Shown: in pieces, positions 8,914 through 18,852 of the stretch
Numbering within the stretch: the stretch's first letter is position 1
How the letters are laid out: every line of letters begins with the position of its first letter
DNA from: Syntrophaceae bacterium
Lineage (GTDB): Bacteria > Desulfobacterota > Syntrophia > Syntrophales > Smithellaceae
Assembly (NCBI GenBank): GCA_009773315.1
Contig: WRPE01000022.1
Coordinates: 3,266-67,265, forward strand
Direction: 5' to 3'
DNA length: 64,000 nucleotides
The notes under the pieces: generated by a model
What the model was told of the DNA's origin: nothing
Database searches by the model: none
Seen by the model: the letters and a program-made list of their open reading frames with translations, nothing else
Program-made: the position numbers and the translations under genes

Positions 8914-10533
8914 CTAAATGCTCTTGTCAACATCGATATTCATGTCATTCCCGCGCAGGTCAGTCGTTCTTTCTTTTTCCCCCGTCATCACCAGGGCGTT
9001 GGCCAGAAGTTCGTGGACGCCCATAACCGTCACCCCCGGCACCCAGTAGTCCATGAGCGACGTCAGCGTCGCCCGGTCGATGGCGCAGATGCAGCCCAGG
9101 CGATTCACCCCGTGCTTTTCCACAACCTTTTTCACGGCCATGGCCCTCGGCATCCCACCGCGCATCCGCATCTCCATGTTTTCATCATTGCCGAGACCCG
9201 CGCCGGCGCCGCAGCATAAAGTCTTTTCCCGAATGGTATCTTCAGCCATTTCAAAGAAATGATCGCAGGTCTTTTGAATGATATACCTCGGTTCTTCGAA
9301 AAGCCCCATGGCCCGTGCGGGATTGCATGAATCGTGATAGGTAAACCTGATATGGTCGTTTCTTTGGGGATCGAGTTTCAGCTTTCCATTCCGGATGAGG
9401 TCGGCGGTAAATTCCGTTATGTGGACCATCTTCGTGGCGCGGGCATTTTCGAAGCGGGTTCCCGTAATGGGAGAGACCGGTTCCTGAAGAAAATCGGCGG
9501 GGCCGTTCATGGTGTCCATGTATTGGTGAATCACCCGCCACATGTGGCCGCATTCACCGCCCAGAATCCATTTGACGCCGAGCCGTTTCGCTTCGGCATA
9601 GATTTTGGCATTAAGGCGCTTGACCATTTCAGCGGATGTGAACAAGCCAAAATTCCCCCCTTCGGAGGCGTAAGTGCTGAAGGTATAATTCAGGCCGATC
9701 TCGTGGAAGAGCATCAGGTAACCCATGCAGGTAAATGTCCCCGGATCGGCAAAGTAATCGCCTGACGGTGTGACAAAGAGAATATCGGCGTCCACCTTAT
9801 TGATGGGCACGTTCACCCGAATACCCGTCCGGTCTTCGATGTCGTCGGCCATGAATTCGAGCATGTCCTTGATGCCGCCGGGCTGAATGCCCAGGTGATT
9901 GCCCGTCCGGAAGCAATTGGCTGCAGGTTCGATAACCCAGTTGATGTTGCACCCCACAAGATTGAGAAGCTCCCGGCCCATCATGGTGATTTCCGCCTGG
10001 TCTATGCCGAAGGGGCAGAAAGCGGAACACCGGCGGCACTCGGTACACTGGTAGAAGTAGTAGAACCATTCTTTCAGGACATCAACCGTCAGGTCCCGGG
10101 CCCCGGCAATTTTGCCGAAAACCTTACCCGACGTCGTAAAGTAGCGGCGATAAACTGAACGCAAAAGTTCGGCCCGCAGCACCGGCATGTTTTTCGGATC
10201 GCCGGAGCCGATATAGAAATGGCATTTATCGGCACAGGCACCGCACCGGACACAGACGTCCAAGAAGAGGCGGAAGGAGCGATATTTTTCCAGGCGCTCC
10301 TTCATACCGTTTAAGATAATGGCCTGCCAGTCGGCCGGTAGTTTCCAGTCTGTGTCCGCGGGCTGCCAGGCCCGCGGGTTCGGAAGGTCCAGATAGGTCA
10401 GATTTTTCGCAGCCCCGCTGTAGCTCCAGGTTCCCGGACGAAAATCGACAGGTGTGTCCATCCAGGCCGTCTCGGGCGGCGCGTAGCTGATTTTGATCAA
10501 TTGGTCCGGTTTGGGTATCTTGGCAAACGACAC
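8914..10533 (-). CDS. dsrK: DsrK, HdrD-like cytoplasmic Fe-S subunit with CCG domains
   Basis: CVRCGACADKC and CTECRRCSAFCP ferredoxin motifs. CCG-domain signatures (GECGH, CCGAGAGLG). Position between dsrM and dsrJ. Confidence 0.9.
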   Translation of the reverse strand: MSFAKIPKPDQLIKISYAPPETAWMDTPVDFRPGTWSYSGAAKNLTYLDLPNPRAWQPADTDWKLPADWQAIILNGMKERLEKYRSFRLFLDVCVRCGACADKCHFYIGSGDPKNMPVLRAELLRSVYRRYFTTSGKVFGKIAGARDLTVDVLKEWFYYFYQCTECRRCSAFCPFGIDQAEITMMGRELLNLVGCNINWVIEPAANCFRTGNHLGIQPGGIKDMLEFMADDIEDRTGIRVNVPINKVDADILFVTPSGDYFADPGTFTCMGYLMLFHEIGLNYTFSTYASEGGNFGLFTSAEMVKRLNAKIYAEAKRLGVKWILGGECGHMWRVIHQYMDTMNGPADFLQEPVSPITGTRFENARATKMVHITEFTADLIRNGKLKLDPQRNDHIRFTYHDSCNPARAMGLFEEPRYIIQKTCDHFFEMAEDTIREKTLCCGAGAGLGNDENMEMRMRGGMPRAMAVKKVVEKHGVNRLGCICAIDRATLTSLMDYWVPGVTVMGVHELLANALVMTGEKERTTDLRGNDMNIDVDKSI

Positions 10534-10535
10534 GG

Positions 10536-11540
10536 CTACTCCTTTTCCACGGGTAATCCCGATGCCTTCATTTTGCCCCGGAACTCATCTTCGTATTCTT
10601 CATAAGTATGAACTTTGACGGGGGCATTCCAGGGATTGATATGCCGTTGCATCCGGCTGTCGTTGGCCAGGTTGCGCGTCGGGCTCAGAAAAATCCCTCC
10701 GGCGTGCATCAGCTTGCTTGCGGGAAACCAGGCCAGAAGGACAAAAATGAAACAAAGGTGGATGTGAAAAACGGCGCTGATCTCCTGAGGAACAACAGGC
10801 GAAAAGGTTACCCAGCCCATTGCCAGGGCTTTTACCGCGTTGAGGTCGGCGGGGAAAAAGTGCCTCATCAGGAGGCCGGTAGTCACGACACCGGCGATCA
10901 GCAGCAGTGAAAAATAATCGGTGAACAAGGAGATATAACGCATCTGCGGGACAACCACCCGGCGCAGGAATAGAAATGTCAGCCCAACGAGGATGGCGGC
11001 ATCGCTCAGATAAAGAGTCGGGATGCCGATCTCGAAGAATCCGTCCAGAGCGGAGAGAGCGCCGATCCAGGGGGCGATCGGTTCGACGAAAAAGCGCAGG
11101 TGTCGAAGCACGATAATCGCGAACGACCAGTGGAACAGAAGACCGCAAAACCACAGCCATTTGGCACTGCCGTAAACGGGCCGTCCGTCAACAATCGCCA
11201 CGTCCGTATTCCGGAAGAGCGACCGAAACAGGAATACTTCCTGGGCCATTCTTGCGATCACACCCCAATACCCTGCAGGGCTTTCTACCGGATTGGATTT
11301 GATCCAGGGCAGCGATTTCCCCTGGCCGCAAGTCGTAGAAATGCGGAAGGGGACCGGTGATTTGGCCCACAAAAGAATACGAAAGACGAAGCCGATCAGA
11401 AAAAAGGCTATGGCGACATACGGCAGGATGTTCGTTATGAGGCCAGTTAATCCGACTGCGGACAAGGCCGTGGGCAGCGCCGCCAGGATTAAAACGGCAA
11501 TCAGCGATATGCCGATGTTCTTCATTGCGTTCAATGCCAT
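10536..11540 (-). CDS. dsrM: DsrM, NarI-like dihaem b membrane subunit
   Basis: Polytopic membrane protein. The start is trimmed to MALNAMKNIG (ATG 11540-11538), which overlaps the stop of the upstream gene. The alternative start is ATG 11525. The 381-aa track ORF over-extends. Confidence 0.82.
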   Translation of the reverse strand: MALNAMKNIGISLIAVLILAALPTALSAVGLTGLITNILPYVAIAFFLIGFVFRILLWAKSPVPFRISTTCGQGKSLPWIKSNPVESPAGYWGVIARMAQEVFLFRSLFRNTDVAIVDGRPVYGSAKWLWFCGLLFHWSFAIIVLRHLRFFVEPIAPWIGALSALDGFFEIGIPTLYLSDAAILVGLTFLFLRRVVVPQMRYISLFTDYFSLLLIAGVVTTGLLMRHFFPADLNAVKALAMGWVTFSPVVPQEISAVFHIHLCFIFVLLAWFPASKLMHAGGIFLSPTRNLANDSRMQRHINPWNAPVKVHTYEEYEDEFRGKMKASGLPVEKE

Positions 11541-13135
11541 TCCCACTGAATAAAGGGTTTTTCTATATCCACCATGGCGTTGACGATCAACTCCACCAAT
11601 CCACCATAGAGAATCCCTGATTTTTTCCAGACGCCATAATATTCGAACATGTCGCGGAACTGACCTTTGCAGTTCGAACAAGGTGCGCAGACATACTTCT
11701 TGATTTCCGCACCGGGAATATCCTGGAAGGCATCAAGAATCTGTTTGAGCTTCATCCGCCCGGAAACGGCGGAACGCCAATCGGGGAAATTAGTCGATTG
11801 CGTGATGGCGAAACCGCTTCCACCACCGCAGCAATAATTTTCCACACCCTGGGGAGTCATTTCCCGGAATTGCGGGCAGATCTTCTCCAGAATCCGCCGT
11901 TGCGGCTTAACGATGCCCATCAGTCTGACCATGTTGCATGGATCATGGAGCGTGACGGGGAAATTATTTCGGCTGGGGTCGAGCTTGATCTTTCCGCTTA
12001 AAACGATATCTTCCAAAAGCGGAAGGATACTTTCCCTGGGGATGTTGAGGTCACCCGTGAGAACACGGTCGGCAATAACGATACCCGCCTTATGAGCATG
12101 GCCGCATTCCCCCAGTGAGATCTTGCGGACGCCCAGATTTTTTGCTACCTGGGACTGGCGAATAGCCACCCGGGCGAACTGGAAGTCGTCATACCAAACG
12201 CCGTAATTCACGGAGTCGTAACCGGTAATCTCGGAGGAGATTGTCCAGTCCACACCGGCGGCATCCAGGGTGATGGCAAAAGCCTCCAGGTTTTCCGGCC
12301 AGGCCAGAAATTCACCGGCGTTGTGGATGAGAAGCATATCCGCCCCTTTCTTGTCCACAGGAATCTTGATCTTCCGGCCCGTCTTCTCCTCGATTTCCTC
12401 TTCGGCAAACTCCAAAACATTCCTCAGGGCCGCAGGCGTCATCCCCGTCGAGGAACCGACTTTGAGCTGCTGGACGGAACCCTTCTCGTGGATCTCCTTG
12501 GGGGCGATTCCCATCTGCTGGCTGAATATTTTCCGTATCTCCCTGCTGATGAGCGCGTTATCGCAGCCCAAGAGACAGACTTGAGCGCAACGCCTGCAGA
12601 GAGTGCACCTGTAAGCAAGCTCCGCAAGCCTTGCCAGTGTCTGCCAGTTAAGATCGATATCGCTGTCCTTAAACTTTCTTAACAGGGAATTTTCCTTTTT
12701 GATGTAAGTGCTGATGATTCTGCGGAGAATCTCCGGTCGCATCGTCGGGCGATAGATCTCCTGATGGCCGCTGGCCTCGTATGTCGGGCAGGCGTCCGAG
12801 CAAACTTGACACTTTACGCAGTAATCCAGCGTATGGACAAGCGGCAGGAGAAACGTCCAGTTATTTTCTACCGTGAAGAGTTTTTCCAGACCGGCAAGGA
12901 ATTTTTCAATGAAAGCCTTCTCCTCCTCCGGGGTTGCAGGCGGGGTAAGGCCGATAGCGACGATGCCGTCGAGCGACGCATCCATACGCTTGCGTTGTTC
13001 ATCCGTAAGCTGTCTAATCGGTGCTTTTTCCATCTTATCGTATGGCGGCGGCAGGGGCATAAGCTCCGCGGGATCTATCTCCGTTAATTGTCCGCCGGGG
13101 CGGCTGAAATCTTTAACATGAATCAGCTTATTCAT
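11531..13135 (-). CDS. DsrK/HdrD-like Fe-S oxidoreductase paralog (two CCG domains)
   Basis: CVKCQVCSDACP and CTLCRRCAQVC cluster motifs; GECGH and CCGGGSG CCG signatures. The overall layout parallels DsrK (8914-10533). Confidence 0.8.
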   Translation of the reverse strand: MNKLIHVKDFSRPGGQLTEIDPAELMPLPPPYDKMEKAPIRQLTDEQRKRMDASLDGIVAIGLTPPATPEEEKAFIEKFLAGLEKLFTVENNWTFLLPLVHTLDYCVKCQVCSDACPTYEASGHQEIYRPTMRPEILRRIISTYIKKENSLLRKFKDSDIDLNWQTLARLAELAYRCTLCRRCAQVCLLGCDNALISREIRKIFSQQMGIAPKEIHEKGSVQQLKVGSSTGMTPAALRNVLEFAEEEIEEKTGRKIKIPVDKKGADMLLIHNAGEFLAWPENLEAFAITLDAAGVDWTISSEITGYDSVNYGVWYDDFQFARVAIRQSQVAKNLGVRKISLGECGHAHKAGIVIADRVLTGDLNIPRESILPLLEDIVLSGKIKLDPSRNNFPVTLHDPCNMVRLMGIVKPQRRILEKICPQFREMTPQGVENYCCGGGSGFAITQSTNFPDWRSAVSGRMKLKQILDAFQDIPGAEIKKYVCAPCSNCKGQFRDMFEYYGVWKKSGILYGGLVELIVNAMVDIEKPFIQWEWH

Positions 13136-13138
13136 TTA

Positions 13139-14080
13139 CTATCCCTTATTATCTTTTTTCGCATCGGGGAATCCCGGTTCTATGGCCACCTCAACCCAGG
13201 TCTTTCCAGTTGCGATATGCGGGCCTTCCCAGGAGACATTCTGTGCCAGGAGAGTATTGATCTTTCCCTCCATCTTACTGCCGGGCTGATTCGGCTCGTC
13301 ATCCCAGCGGATGAAGAAATAAGCAAGTATCCGCGTGATGTAGTGCGTCGAACGGGTAAACGGCAGATAGATGAGGAAGATATCGAACAGGATGATATGC
13401 AGTAATGTCATTGGGTGAAGCACAGGCGGGGACAGAGTGATCAACCCCAACCAGTACGCGCGGTATTCATCCAGGGTTGGATCGAGGACTAGCCAGGCAA
13501 AAAGGCCGCTGCCATAGACAACCAGGAAGAAAAGATAATTGAAAAAATTCATCGGCATGGAGTATTTCCTCAAAGAACGGTCGGCCAAACGGATAATTCC
13601 CATGCCGATACTCCCGAATGTTCCCGTCACGAAAGCGATCCCTCCTGTTACAAGCAGGAGATAGTAAAACGCCACCCCCGCGAGTTGACCTGAGGCAGCT
13701 CCGATATCCAACCCTCCGAGCATGGCCGTGGCTGCAAAGAAGCAGAGGATATGGAATGTAATAATGAGAATGAATCCCAGGTGCCACGGTAGAAGAAACA
13801 GCCAGTAGAGGGGGTTGCTTTTATAGTACTGGCCCATGTATAAATTGTCTTTTAACGAATATAAAAGGCTTCGCCAGCGATTCTTGGGACGGGGCTTCGT
13901 CCACCATTCCTGTTGTTCGTAATAGGAACCGCCATAGTGGTAATGCTTTTCATGGATCACAGGATAAAGATCCCACCGGATGTGCGGCGGCATCGCGAGC
14001 CACTTTGTAACCTTGAAAGCATACACCGCCACGATGAACGCATAGGCTACATAGGTCAGATAGATAATCAGGGTTCCCAT
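13139..14080 (-). CDS. NarI/DsrM-like membrane protein paralog
   Basis: 313-aa polytopic membrane protein with His-containing helices. It is tightly coupled (3-nt gap) to the DsrK-like gene downstream. Confidence 0.7.
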   Translation of the reverse strand: MGTLIIYLTYVAYAFIVAVYAFKVTKWLAMPPHIRWDLYPVIHEKHYHYGGSYYEQQEWWTKPRPKNRWRSLLYSLKDNLYMGQYYKSNPLYWLFLLPWHLGFILIITFHILCFFAATAMLGGLDIGAASGQLAGVAFYYLLLVTGGIAFVTGTFGSIGMGIIRLADRSLRKYSMPMNFFNYLFFLVVYGSGLFAWLVLDPTLDEYRAYWLGLITLSPPVLHPMTLLHIILFDIFLIYLPFTRSTHYITRILAYFFIRWDDEPNQPGSKMEGKINTLLAQNVSWEGPHIATGKTWVEVAIEPGFPDAKKDNKG

Positions 14081-14109
14081 GGTTTCCCCTTTACTTCAAG
14101 AGAATGGAA

Positions 14110-14430
14110 TCAGACGCAACCCGTCGGTTTCGAAAGCCCCGCCAGCTTGCAGGCGCCCTTGGCCGGTCCGGTCGGAAAGAGCTCATAGAGCTTCTTCATG
14201 TCGATTCCCAGGTCTTTACAGATTTTTCGGATCATCGGCGCGATGCCGAACTGCTGATAATAATTCCGCAGATAGTTGATCACTTTCCAATGCTCTTCAG
14301 TCAGCTTTCCCTCGATGTCTTCTGCGTAGGCATAAGCTTCTGCAAATTCCTCATTCCATTTATCGAGTTCTTGAAGAAATCCATCTTCATCTACTTCATA
14401 CTTTTTTCCTGCTAGTTCAATTTGCGGCAT
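14110..14430 (-). CDS. dsrC: DsrC, sulfite reductase-associated sulfur carrier
   Basis: 106 aa ending CKLAGLSKPTGCV, with both conserved C-terminal-arm cysteines. AGGAGG RBS upstream. Confidence 0.95.
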   Translation of the reverse strand: MPQIELAGKKYEVDEDGFLQELDKWNEEFAEAYAYAEDIEGKLTEEHWKVINYLRNYYQQFGIAPMIRKICKDLGIDMKKLYELFPTGPAKGACKLAGLSKPTGCV

Positions 14431-14616
14431 TTGTGAAACCTCCTGCTGTATTTTAAATTACTCAATTCTTATGTGTTCTTAAGCCCTGTGCTTATGGCGC
14501 CCTTTATGGTTCCCACCCTTTTTTATAAAGGGGGGTCAGGGGGGATTTGGTCCTGTTGTTCTTTTTTAAAATTCCCCTGCATCCCCCTTTGAGAGCTTTG
14601 CACAACCTCTCTAATC

Positions 14617-14686
14617 GTCATTCCCGCGAAAGCGGGAATCTAGGAAGCAATTGAAAACACTGGATTCCCGCTTTCGCGGGAATGAC
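14617..14686. repeat. REP-like palindromic element: two exact 24-nt inverted arms, each itself a hairpin
   Basis: GTCATTCCCGCGAAAGCGGGAATC (14617-14640) and its exact reverse complement (14663-14686), separated by 22 nt that contain CAATTG. Each arm is ATTCCCGC-GAAA-GCGGGAAT. Confidence 0.85.
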
Positions 14687-14699
14687 AAATTTGTTGGTT

Positions 14700-16151
14700 T
14701 CATGTAGTTATGCAAAGGTCTCCTTTTATAAAAGGGGGACGACAAATCGCCTTGTTTTGTTCGGCACTACGATATTGCCTGGCTGCGCCGATGATAGCCT
14801 CGGCCCACTGGGGTGCTCCCAGTGCGTGCAGGTGGGTGAAGCCTGCCAGAATATTTTTTCTGCACAGACCGTCGCGCTGACCATCTATTCCTGTTCCCCT
14901 CAGGACGTGGCAGGCGGTGTGGCCGTCGTCTTCTTTTCGAGACAGGATCCTGCAATAATGAAACTCGTGGCCCCTCATTCTGGTGCCGATAGGGAAAAAA
15001 GGGTTTTCCTGATCCACGGTCAAGGTTGTGTATCCGTGGCCCTGCGGCCGCTTTTCCATACCGAAGGCAACAGGCAGTGCGCCGACCATCGGATAATGTT
15101 TGTCGCCGATGGTCAGAGTTTCACCCAGGTAAATGAAGCCTCCGCATTCAGCGTAAATCGGAAGGCCTGCTTCGGCCGCCGCTTTCAGGGAACCGCGGAA
15201 AGCATCGTTTTGGGCGAGGCGACCGGCGTGGGTTTCGGGAAAACCACCGCCGATGTATAAGGCATCTACGTCCGGAAGGCTTTTTTCATCAAGGGCGCTG
15301 ATCTCCACAATTTTTGCGCCCCAATCGCTCAGGGCCTCCAAATTTTCGGAATAATAAAACTGAAAGGCGGCGTCTTTGATCACGCCGATTGTGACAGGCT
15401 CTTCACCTCTTTGATCGGGGTTGGCTGGGTTGGGAAATGCATCAACGCTCCAGGGCGCCGCACTTTCGGCAACCGCAAGAAGTCCCGGAATGTCCAGGTA
15501 GTCCTGGGCGATAACGCCCGCCCTGTCCAGGGCACGCTCAGTGCGGTCGTGCTCCTGGGGGGGGATTAATCCCAGGTGCCGATCCGTAAAGGGAAGATCC
15601 GTCATTCGTGGCACAGTGCCATAGACGGGAAGTCCGGTATATTCCTCAATAGCTTGACGGATAACGGCCGCATGACGGCTACCATTCACCCGGCTCAGGA
15701 TGACGCCCCGGATATCGACGTCGGGATCAAGGCTTCGGCATCCCATAACCATCGCTGCTGCTGTTCGTGTGACTTTATCGCAATCGACGACCAGAATGAC
15801 CGGTGCATTGAGGAGTTTGGCCAGTTCGGCTGTACTGAATTCCCCTGCGGCATTCACGCCGTCAAAGAGTCCCCGGTTGCCTTCAATGAGGGAAACGGCG
15901 CCCTCTACGGCATGACGTGAAAAAGAGCGGACGACCTCACCGGAACCCATCAGATAGGTATCCAGGTTGTAACAGGGACGAGATGCCGCCAGGGAAAGCC
16001 AGGCCGCGTCGATATAATCCGGTCCCTTTTTAAAGGGCACGACGGGGATGCCTTGCTTTTGCCAGACAACGGCCATGGCGACGGAAAGTGTGGTTTTTCC
16101 CGCACCACCCCGCAGGGCGGCCACAATCAAACGAGGGCAGGATCGGTTCAT
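14700..16151 (-). CDS. dsrN: DsrN, cobyrinic acid a,c-diamide synthase-like amidase (siroheme amidation)
   Basis: The N-terminus RLIVAALRGGAGKTTLSVAM and the C-terminal glutamine-amidotransferase part (YAECGGFIYL) are typical of CbiA/CobB. The position after dsrABD supports DsrN. The last ~20 codons run into the repeat region. Confidence 0.85.
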   Translation of the reverse strand: MNRSCPRLIVAALRGGAGKTTLSVAMAVVWQKQGIPVVPFKKGPDYIDAAWLSLAASRPCYNLDTYLMGSGEVVRSFSRHAVEGAVSLIEGNRGLFDGVNAAGEFSTAELAKLLNAPVILVVDCDKVTRTAAAMVMGCRSLDPDVDIRGVILSRVNGSRHAAVIRQAIEEYTGLPVYGTVPRMTDLPFTDRHLGLIPPQEHDRTERALDRAGVIAQDYLDIPGLLAVAESAAPWSVDAFPNPANPDQRGEEPVTIGVIKDAAFQFYYSENLEALSDWGAKIVEISALDEKSLPDVDALYIGGGFPETHAGRLAQNDAFRGSLKAAAEAGLPIYAECGGFIYLGETLTIGDKHYPMVGALPVAFGMEKRPQGHGYTTLTVDQENPFFPIGTRMRGHEFHYCRILSRKEDDGHTACHVLRGTGIDGQRDGLCRKNILAGFTHLHALGAPQWAEAIIGAARQYRSAEQNKAICRPPFIKGDLCITT

Positions 16152-16166
16152 GGTCCATTACCTATT

Positions 16167-16406
16167 TTAAGAGCACGACCCTTCTTCTTTCGGAAAGAAT
16201 TCGGCCAGCACCAGGTACGTAGAACTTCCCGTCGACCAATATTTTAAAACTTCCTCATCGAGCAGTACCTTCACAGCATCCTGAACAGCATGCCGGTCCG
16301 CGTCGGGGAGCCATCTGGTGACGTCCCGGATGTAAAACATCTTTTTGTCGCCCTTGGATTTTTCGTGAAAAAGGTCGACGATCTGTTTTTTCAAGTCCTC
16401 GCTCAT
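16167..16406 (-). CDS. dsrD: DsrD
   Basis: 79 codons from MSEDLKKQIVDLFHEKSKGDKKMFYIRDV...LKYWSTGSSTYL. Winged-helix DsrD-like, starting 2 nt after the dsrB stop. The track ORF over-extends into dsrB. Confidence 0.85.
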   Translation of the reverse strand: MSEDLKKQIVDLFHEKSKGDKKMFYIRDVTRWLPDADRHAVQDAVKVLLDEEVLKYWSTGSSTYLVLAEFFPKEEGSCS

Positions 16407-16408
16407 GT

Positions 16409-17470
16409 TCACCCCCATTTGAACTGCGTAGATGTCCGGAATGTTTCCGTTGCCATATCGAAATCGTCGATATGCTTGTCCGTAAACGGAATGCCGGTCA
16501 GGGTGAAGAACCGCTCCCAGCCGACGCGATCGATCCATTCGCCGACCCGTTCATGCTTTCGGGCATGGCTTGCATAGACTTCGATGATGTTCTTCACGGC
16601 ATCCACAACCTCCGGCCAGCGCGGCGGGTTGTTGGGAAGAAAAGGAATCGCCAGCTTGGAAAACTTCGGAGCGCTCCGGGCGTTGGAAACTTTGCCTCCG
16701 ACCCAGATGGATATCCCGTCGTTTTCGGGATCGGCGATCGGCATGGCCGGACAAACGGTGTAACAGTTTCCGCAATACATGCACTTCTCGTCATTGACGG
16801 TGACGGTTTTGTTCTTCATATCACCCCGGATGGCGCCTGTGGGGCAGGAAGCTACCGTGGACGGGATTTCACACATGTTCGGTACGCGGGTGTTGTCCAC
16901 CTTAGGCACTGTACGGTGAATACCCAGAATGGCGATGTCGGAGCAGTGCACGGCGCCGCACATGTTCAGGCAGCAAGCCATGGCAATCCGGACATGGGCC
17001 GGCAGTGTCGATGTGACGAAATATTCATAGATCTCATCCATGAGGGCCTTGACGGGTCCCGAGGCATCGGTGGCGGGGGTGTGGCAGTGGACCCAGCCCT
17101 GGGTGTGGACGATGTTCGAGATGGAGTGTCCGGTGCCGCCGACGGGATAGTTGCGCATGGCCAGTTCGGCAATCAGGGGTTCGACTTTATCCTTGTCGTC
17201 CAGGAGAAATTCAATATTGTTACGGCTCGTAAAGCGCAGGTAACCGTCACAATATTTTTCCGCGATGTCACAGATTTCCCGGATGTGATCCGTCGAGACC
17301 AGTCGCGGGGAACCGGCGCGCACGGTGTAGAGCGCCTCTCCGGATTCCGCAACGTGCATGAGCACGCCCGGTTTGAGAATTTCATGATAGAGCCATTTCC
17401 CGTAATTTCGCTTAATGACGGGTGGCAGCATGGTTTTATAGTCAGGGGGACCAATGTCTGTTTTTGCCAT
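16409..17470 (-). CDS. dsrB: Dissimilatory sulfite reductase beta subunit
   Basis: 353 aa with a ferredoxin insert ([12 protein letters not shown]) and siroheme/Fe-S Cys motifs ([18 protein letters not shown]), directly after dsrA. Confidence 0.93.
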   Translation of the reverse strand: MAKTDIGPPDYKTMLPPVIKRNYGKWLYHEILKPGVLMHVAESGEALYTVRAGSPRLVSTDHIREICDIAEKYCDGYLRFTSRNNIEFLLDDKDKVEPLIAELAMRNYPVGGTGHSISNIVHTQGWVHCHTPATDASGPVKALMDEIYEYFVTSTLPAHVRIAMACCLNMCGAVHCSDIAILGIHRTVPKVDNTRVPNMCEIPSTVASCPTGAIRGDMKNKTVTVNDEKCMYCGNCYTVCPAMPIADPENDGISIWVGGKVSNARSAPKFSKLAIPFLPNNPPRWPEVVDAVKNIIEVYASHARKHERVGEWIDRVGWERFFTLTGIPFTDKHIDDFDMATETFRTSTQFKWG

Positions 17471-17471
17471 C

Positions 17472-18662
17472 TTACTTCACCTCCTTTTGAATTTCTTCAG
17501 GCCAGAAGAATACATACGGATTGGTTCGGGGCGCTTTAACCATCTGGGGAACGGCGGGCAGGCCTACGGCCCGCAGGAATACCCTCATGCCCAGGCGCGT
17601 GATTAACTCGCCCAATCTTTCCCTGGATTTGCCATGCTCATCCCACCAATCCTGGATGCGGTCAATCAAGTCTTTGAGTTCCGTGTAAGGTGGTTCCAAT
17701 TTTATAAACGGCACGATGACCCAGGAAAGAAGAGCCCCTTGCACAATAGGCGCCTTGCCACCGACGAGGATGGTCGCGCCCCTCTCCTTGCCCGGCCGCA
17801 GGGCTTTCGGCATCAGGTTGATGCAGTGCATACAGCGGGTGCAGTCCTCATTATATATCTTCAGTTCTTTTCCGTTCCATTCCATACACTTCGTCGGACA
17901 GAGGTCACAAACCTCCTTCTGGATATTGATGGCTGATACGGCGTAGGCGAGAACTTCCTTCTGGTCGATCTGAATGTCTCCTTTCCATGTCCCGATGACG
18001 GAAAAATCCGACCGGGCGATGGAGGCGACGCAATCATTGGCGCAGGCCGATACCTTGATCTTGAATTTATAGGGAAACATGGGACGGTGCATCTTATCCT
18101 GATAGTGCATGGTGAGGTTGTAACAAACATCGAGACTGTCGACGCAGGCCCATTCACAGCGTCCCGGTCCGACGCAGGCGGAAGGCGTGCGCAAGGCTGA
18201 TCCGGAACCACCGAGGTCAAAACCGACGGCGGAAAGGTCGTCAAAGCAGGACTGGAGATGCTCGGTTTTCGTGCCCAGCAGAATGACGTCTCCCGTTGCG
18301 CCATGCATGTTGGTGAGACCGCTGCCGTGTTTGTCCCAGACATCACAGAGATTGCGCAGGGCATCCGTCTTGTAGAACCACCCTGTGGGGTGATTGACTC
18401 TCATGGTGTGAAAGGCCTGAACATTGGGGAACAGATCCGGTCGATCCGAATAGCGCCCGATGACGCCGGCGCCGTAGCCCTTGACGCCGACAATACCCCC
18501 ATGCTTCCAATGACCGATTTTGTCTTTATAAGAAAGTTCCAACTGGCAAAGGAGATCCTCAGCCATGGGACTCTTTTTGGCCGCCTGCTTCATGTCTTTT
18601 ACAAAGCTGGGCCACTTTCCCTTTTCCAGTTCATCCAGAAGGGGGGTCTTTACATCCGTCAT
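17472..18662 (-). CDS. dsrA: Dissimilatory sulfite reductase alpha subunit
   Basis: [23 protein letters not shown]..., with [13 protein letters not shown] and [12 protein letters not shown] motifs. The start is set at ATG 18662-18660, which has a GAGGAGG RBS; the upstream in-frame ATG lies inside that RBS. Confidence 0.92.
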   Translation of the reverse strand: MTDVKTPLLDELEKGKWPSFVKDMKQAAKKSPMAEDLLCQLELSYKDKIGHWKHGGIVGVKGYGAGVIGRYSDRPDLFPNVQAFHTMRVNHPTGWFYKTDALRNLCDVWDKHGSGLTNMHGATGDVILLGTKTEHLQSCFDDLSAVGFDLGGSGSALRTPSACVGPGRCEWACVDSLDVCYNLTMHYQDKMHRPMFPYKFKIKVSACANDCVASIARSDFSVIGTWKGDIQIDQKEVLAYAVSAINIQKEVCDLCPTKCMEWNGKELKIYNEDCTRCMHCINLMPKALRPGKERGATILVGGKAPIVQGALLSWVIVPFIKLEPPYTELKDLIDRIQDWWDEHGKSRERLGELITRLGMRVFLRAVGLPAVPQMVKAPRTNPYVFFWPEEIQKEVK

Positions 18663-18758
18663 GATTTTACCTCCTCTCAATACCGCTCATTTTTTCAGTC
18701 CCAAAGCCCGAATACAATCCCGGCTAAGACCTGCCTTACCGGACTTTACTATTTGACT

Positions 18759-18804
18759 TCTATATCATTTTAATAATAAATGACAATTCATATTATTGAT
18801 AATA
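18759..18804. promoter_or_regulatory. AT-rich divergent dsrA/lysR control region: candidate dsrA promoter plus a 6-2-6 palindrome
   Basis: On the minus strand, TTGTCA (18786-18781), a 16-nt spacer, then TATAGA (18764-18759). The palindrome TATTAT-TG-ATAATA at 18791-18804 is a possible LysR-type operator. Sequence pattern only. Confidence 0.3.
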
Positions 18805-18852
18805 TACATCAACATTATTTATGAATAAATGGAATGGATATGATGTGGGGGC

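Noticed and set aside
10536-11681. 381-aa version of dsrM
   Set aside because: The first 47 codons overlap the 3' end of the DsrK-like gene and are non-membrane, Arg/Trp-rich sequence. The start was trimmed to the ATG at 11540.
14617-14686. Possible CRISPR repeats (hairpin-forming 24-mers; also the ATCCCGC..GCGGGAC hairpins at 22295, 23228 and 50394)
   Set aside because: The 24-mers are inverted rather than direct. There are only two of them, with no regularly spaced unique spacers, and no cas genes lie in the window. The ~105-nt elements are dispersed single copies, not an array.
16472-17539. 355-aa plus-strand ORF
   Set aside because: It is entirely antisense to dsrB, with a low-complexity Gly/Arg/Asp-rich translation typical of a shadow frame in GC-rich coding DNA.
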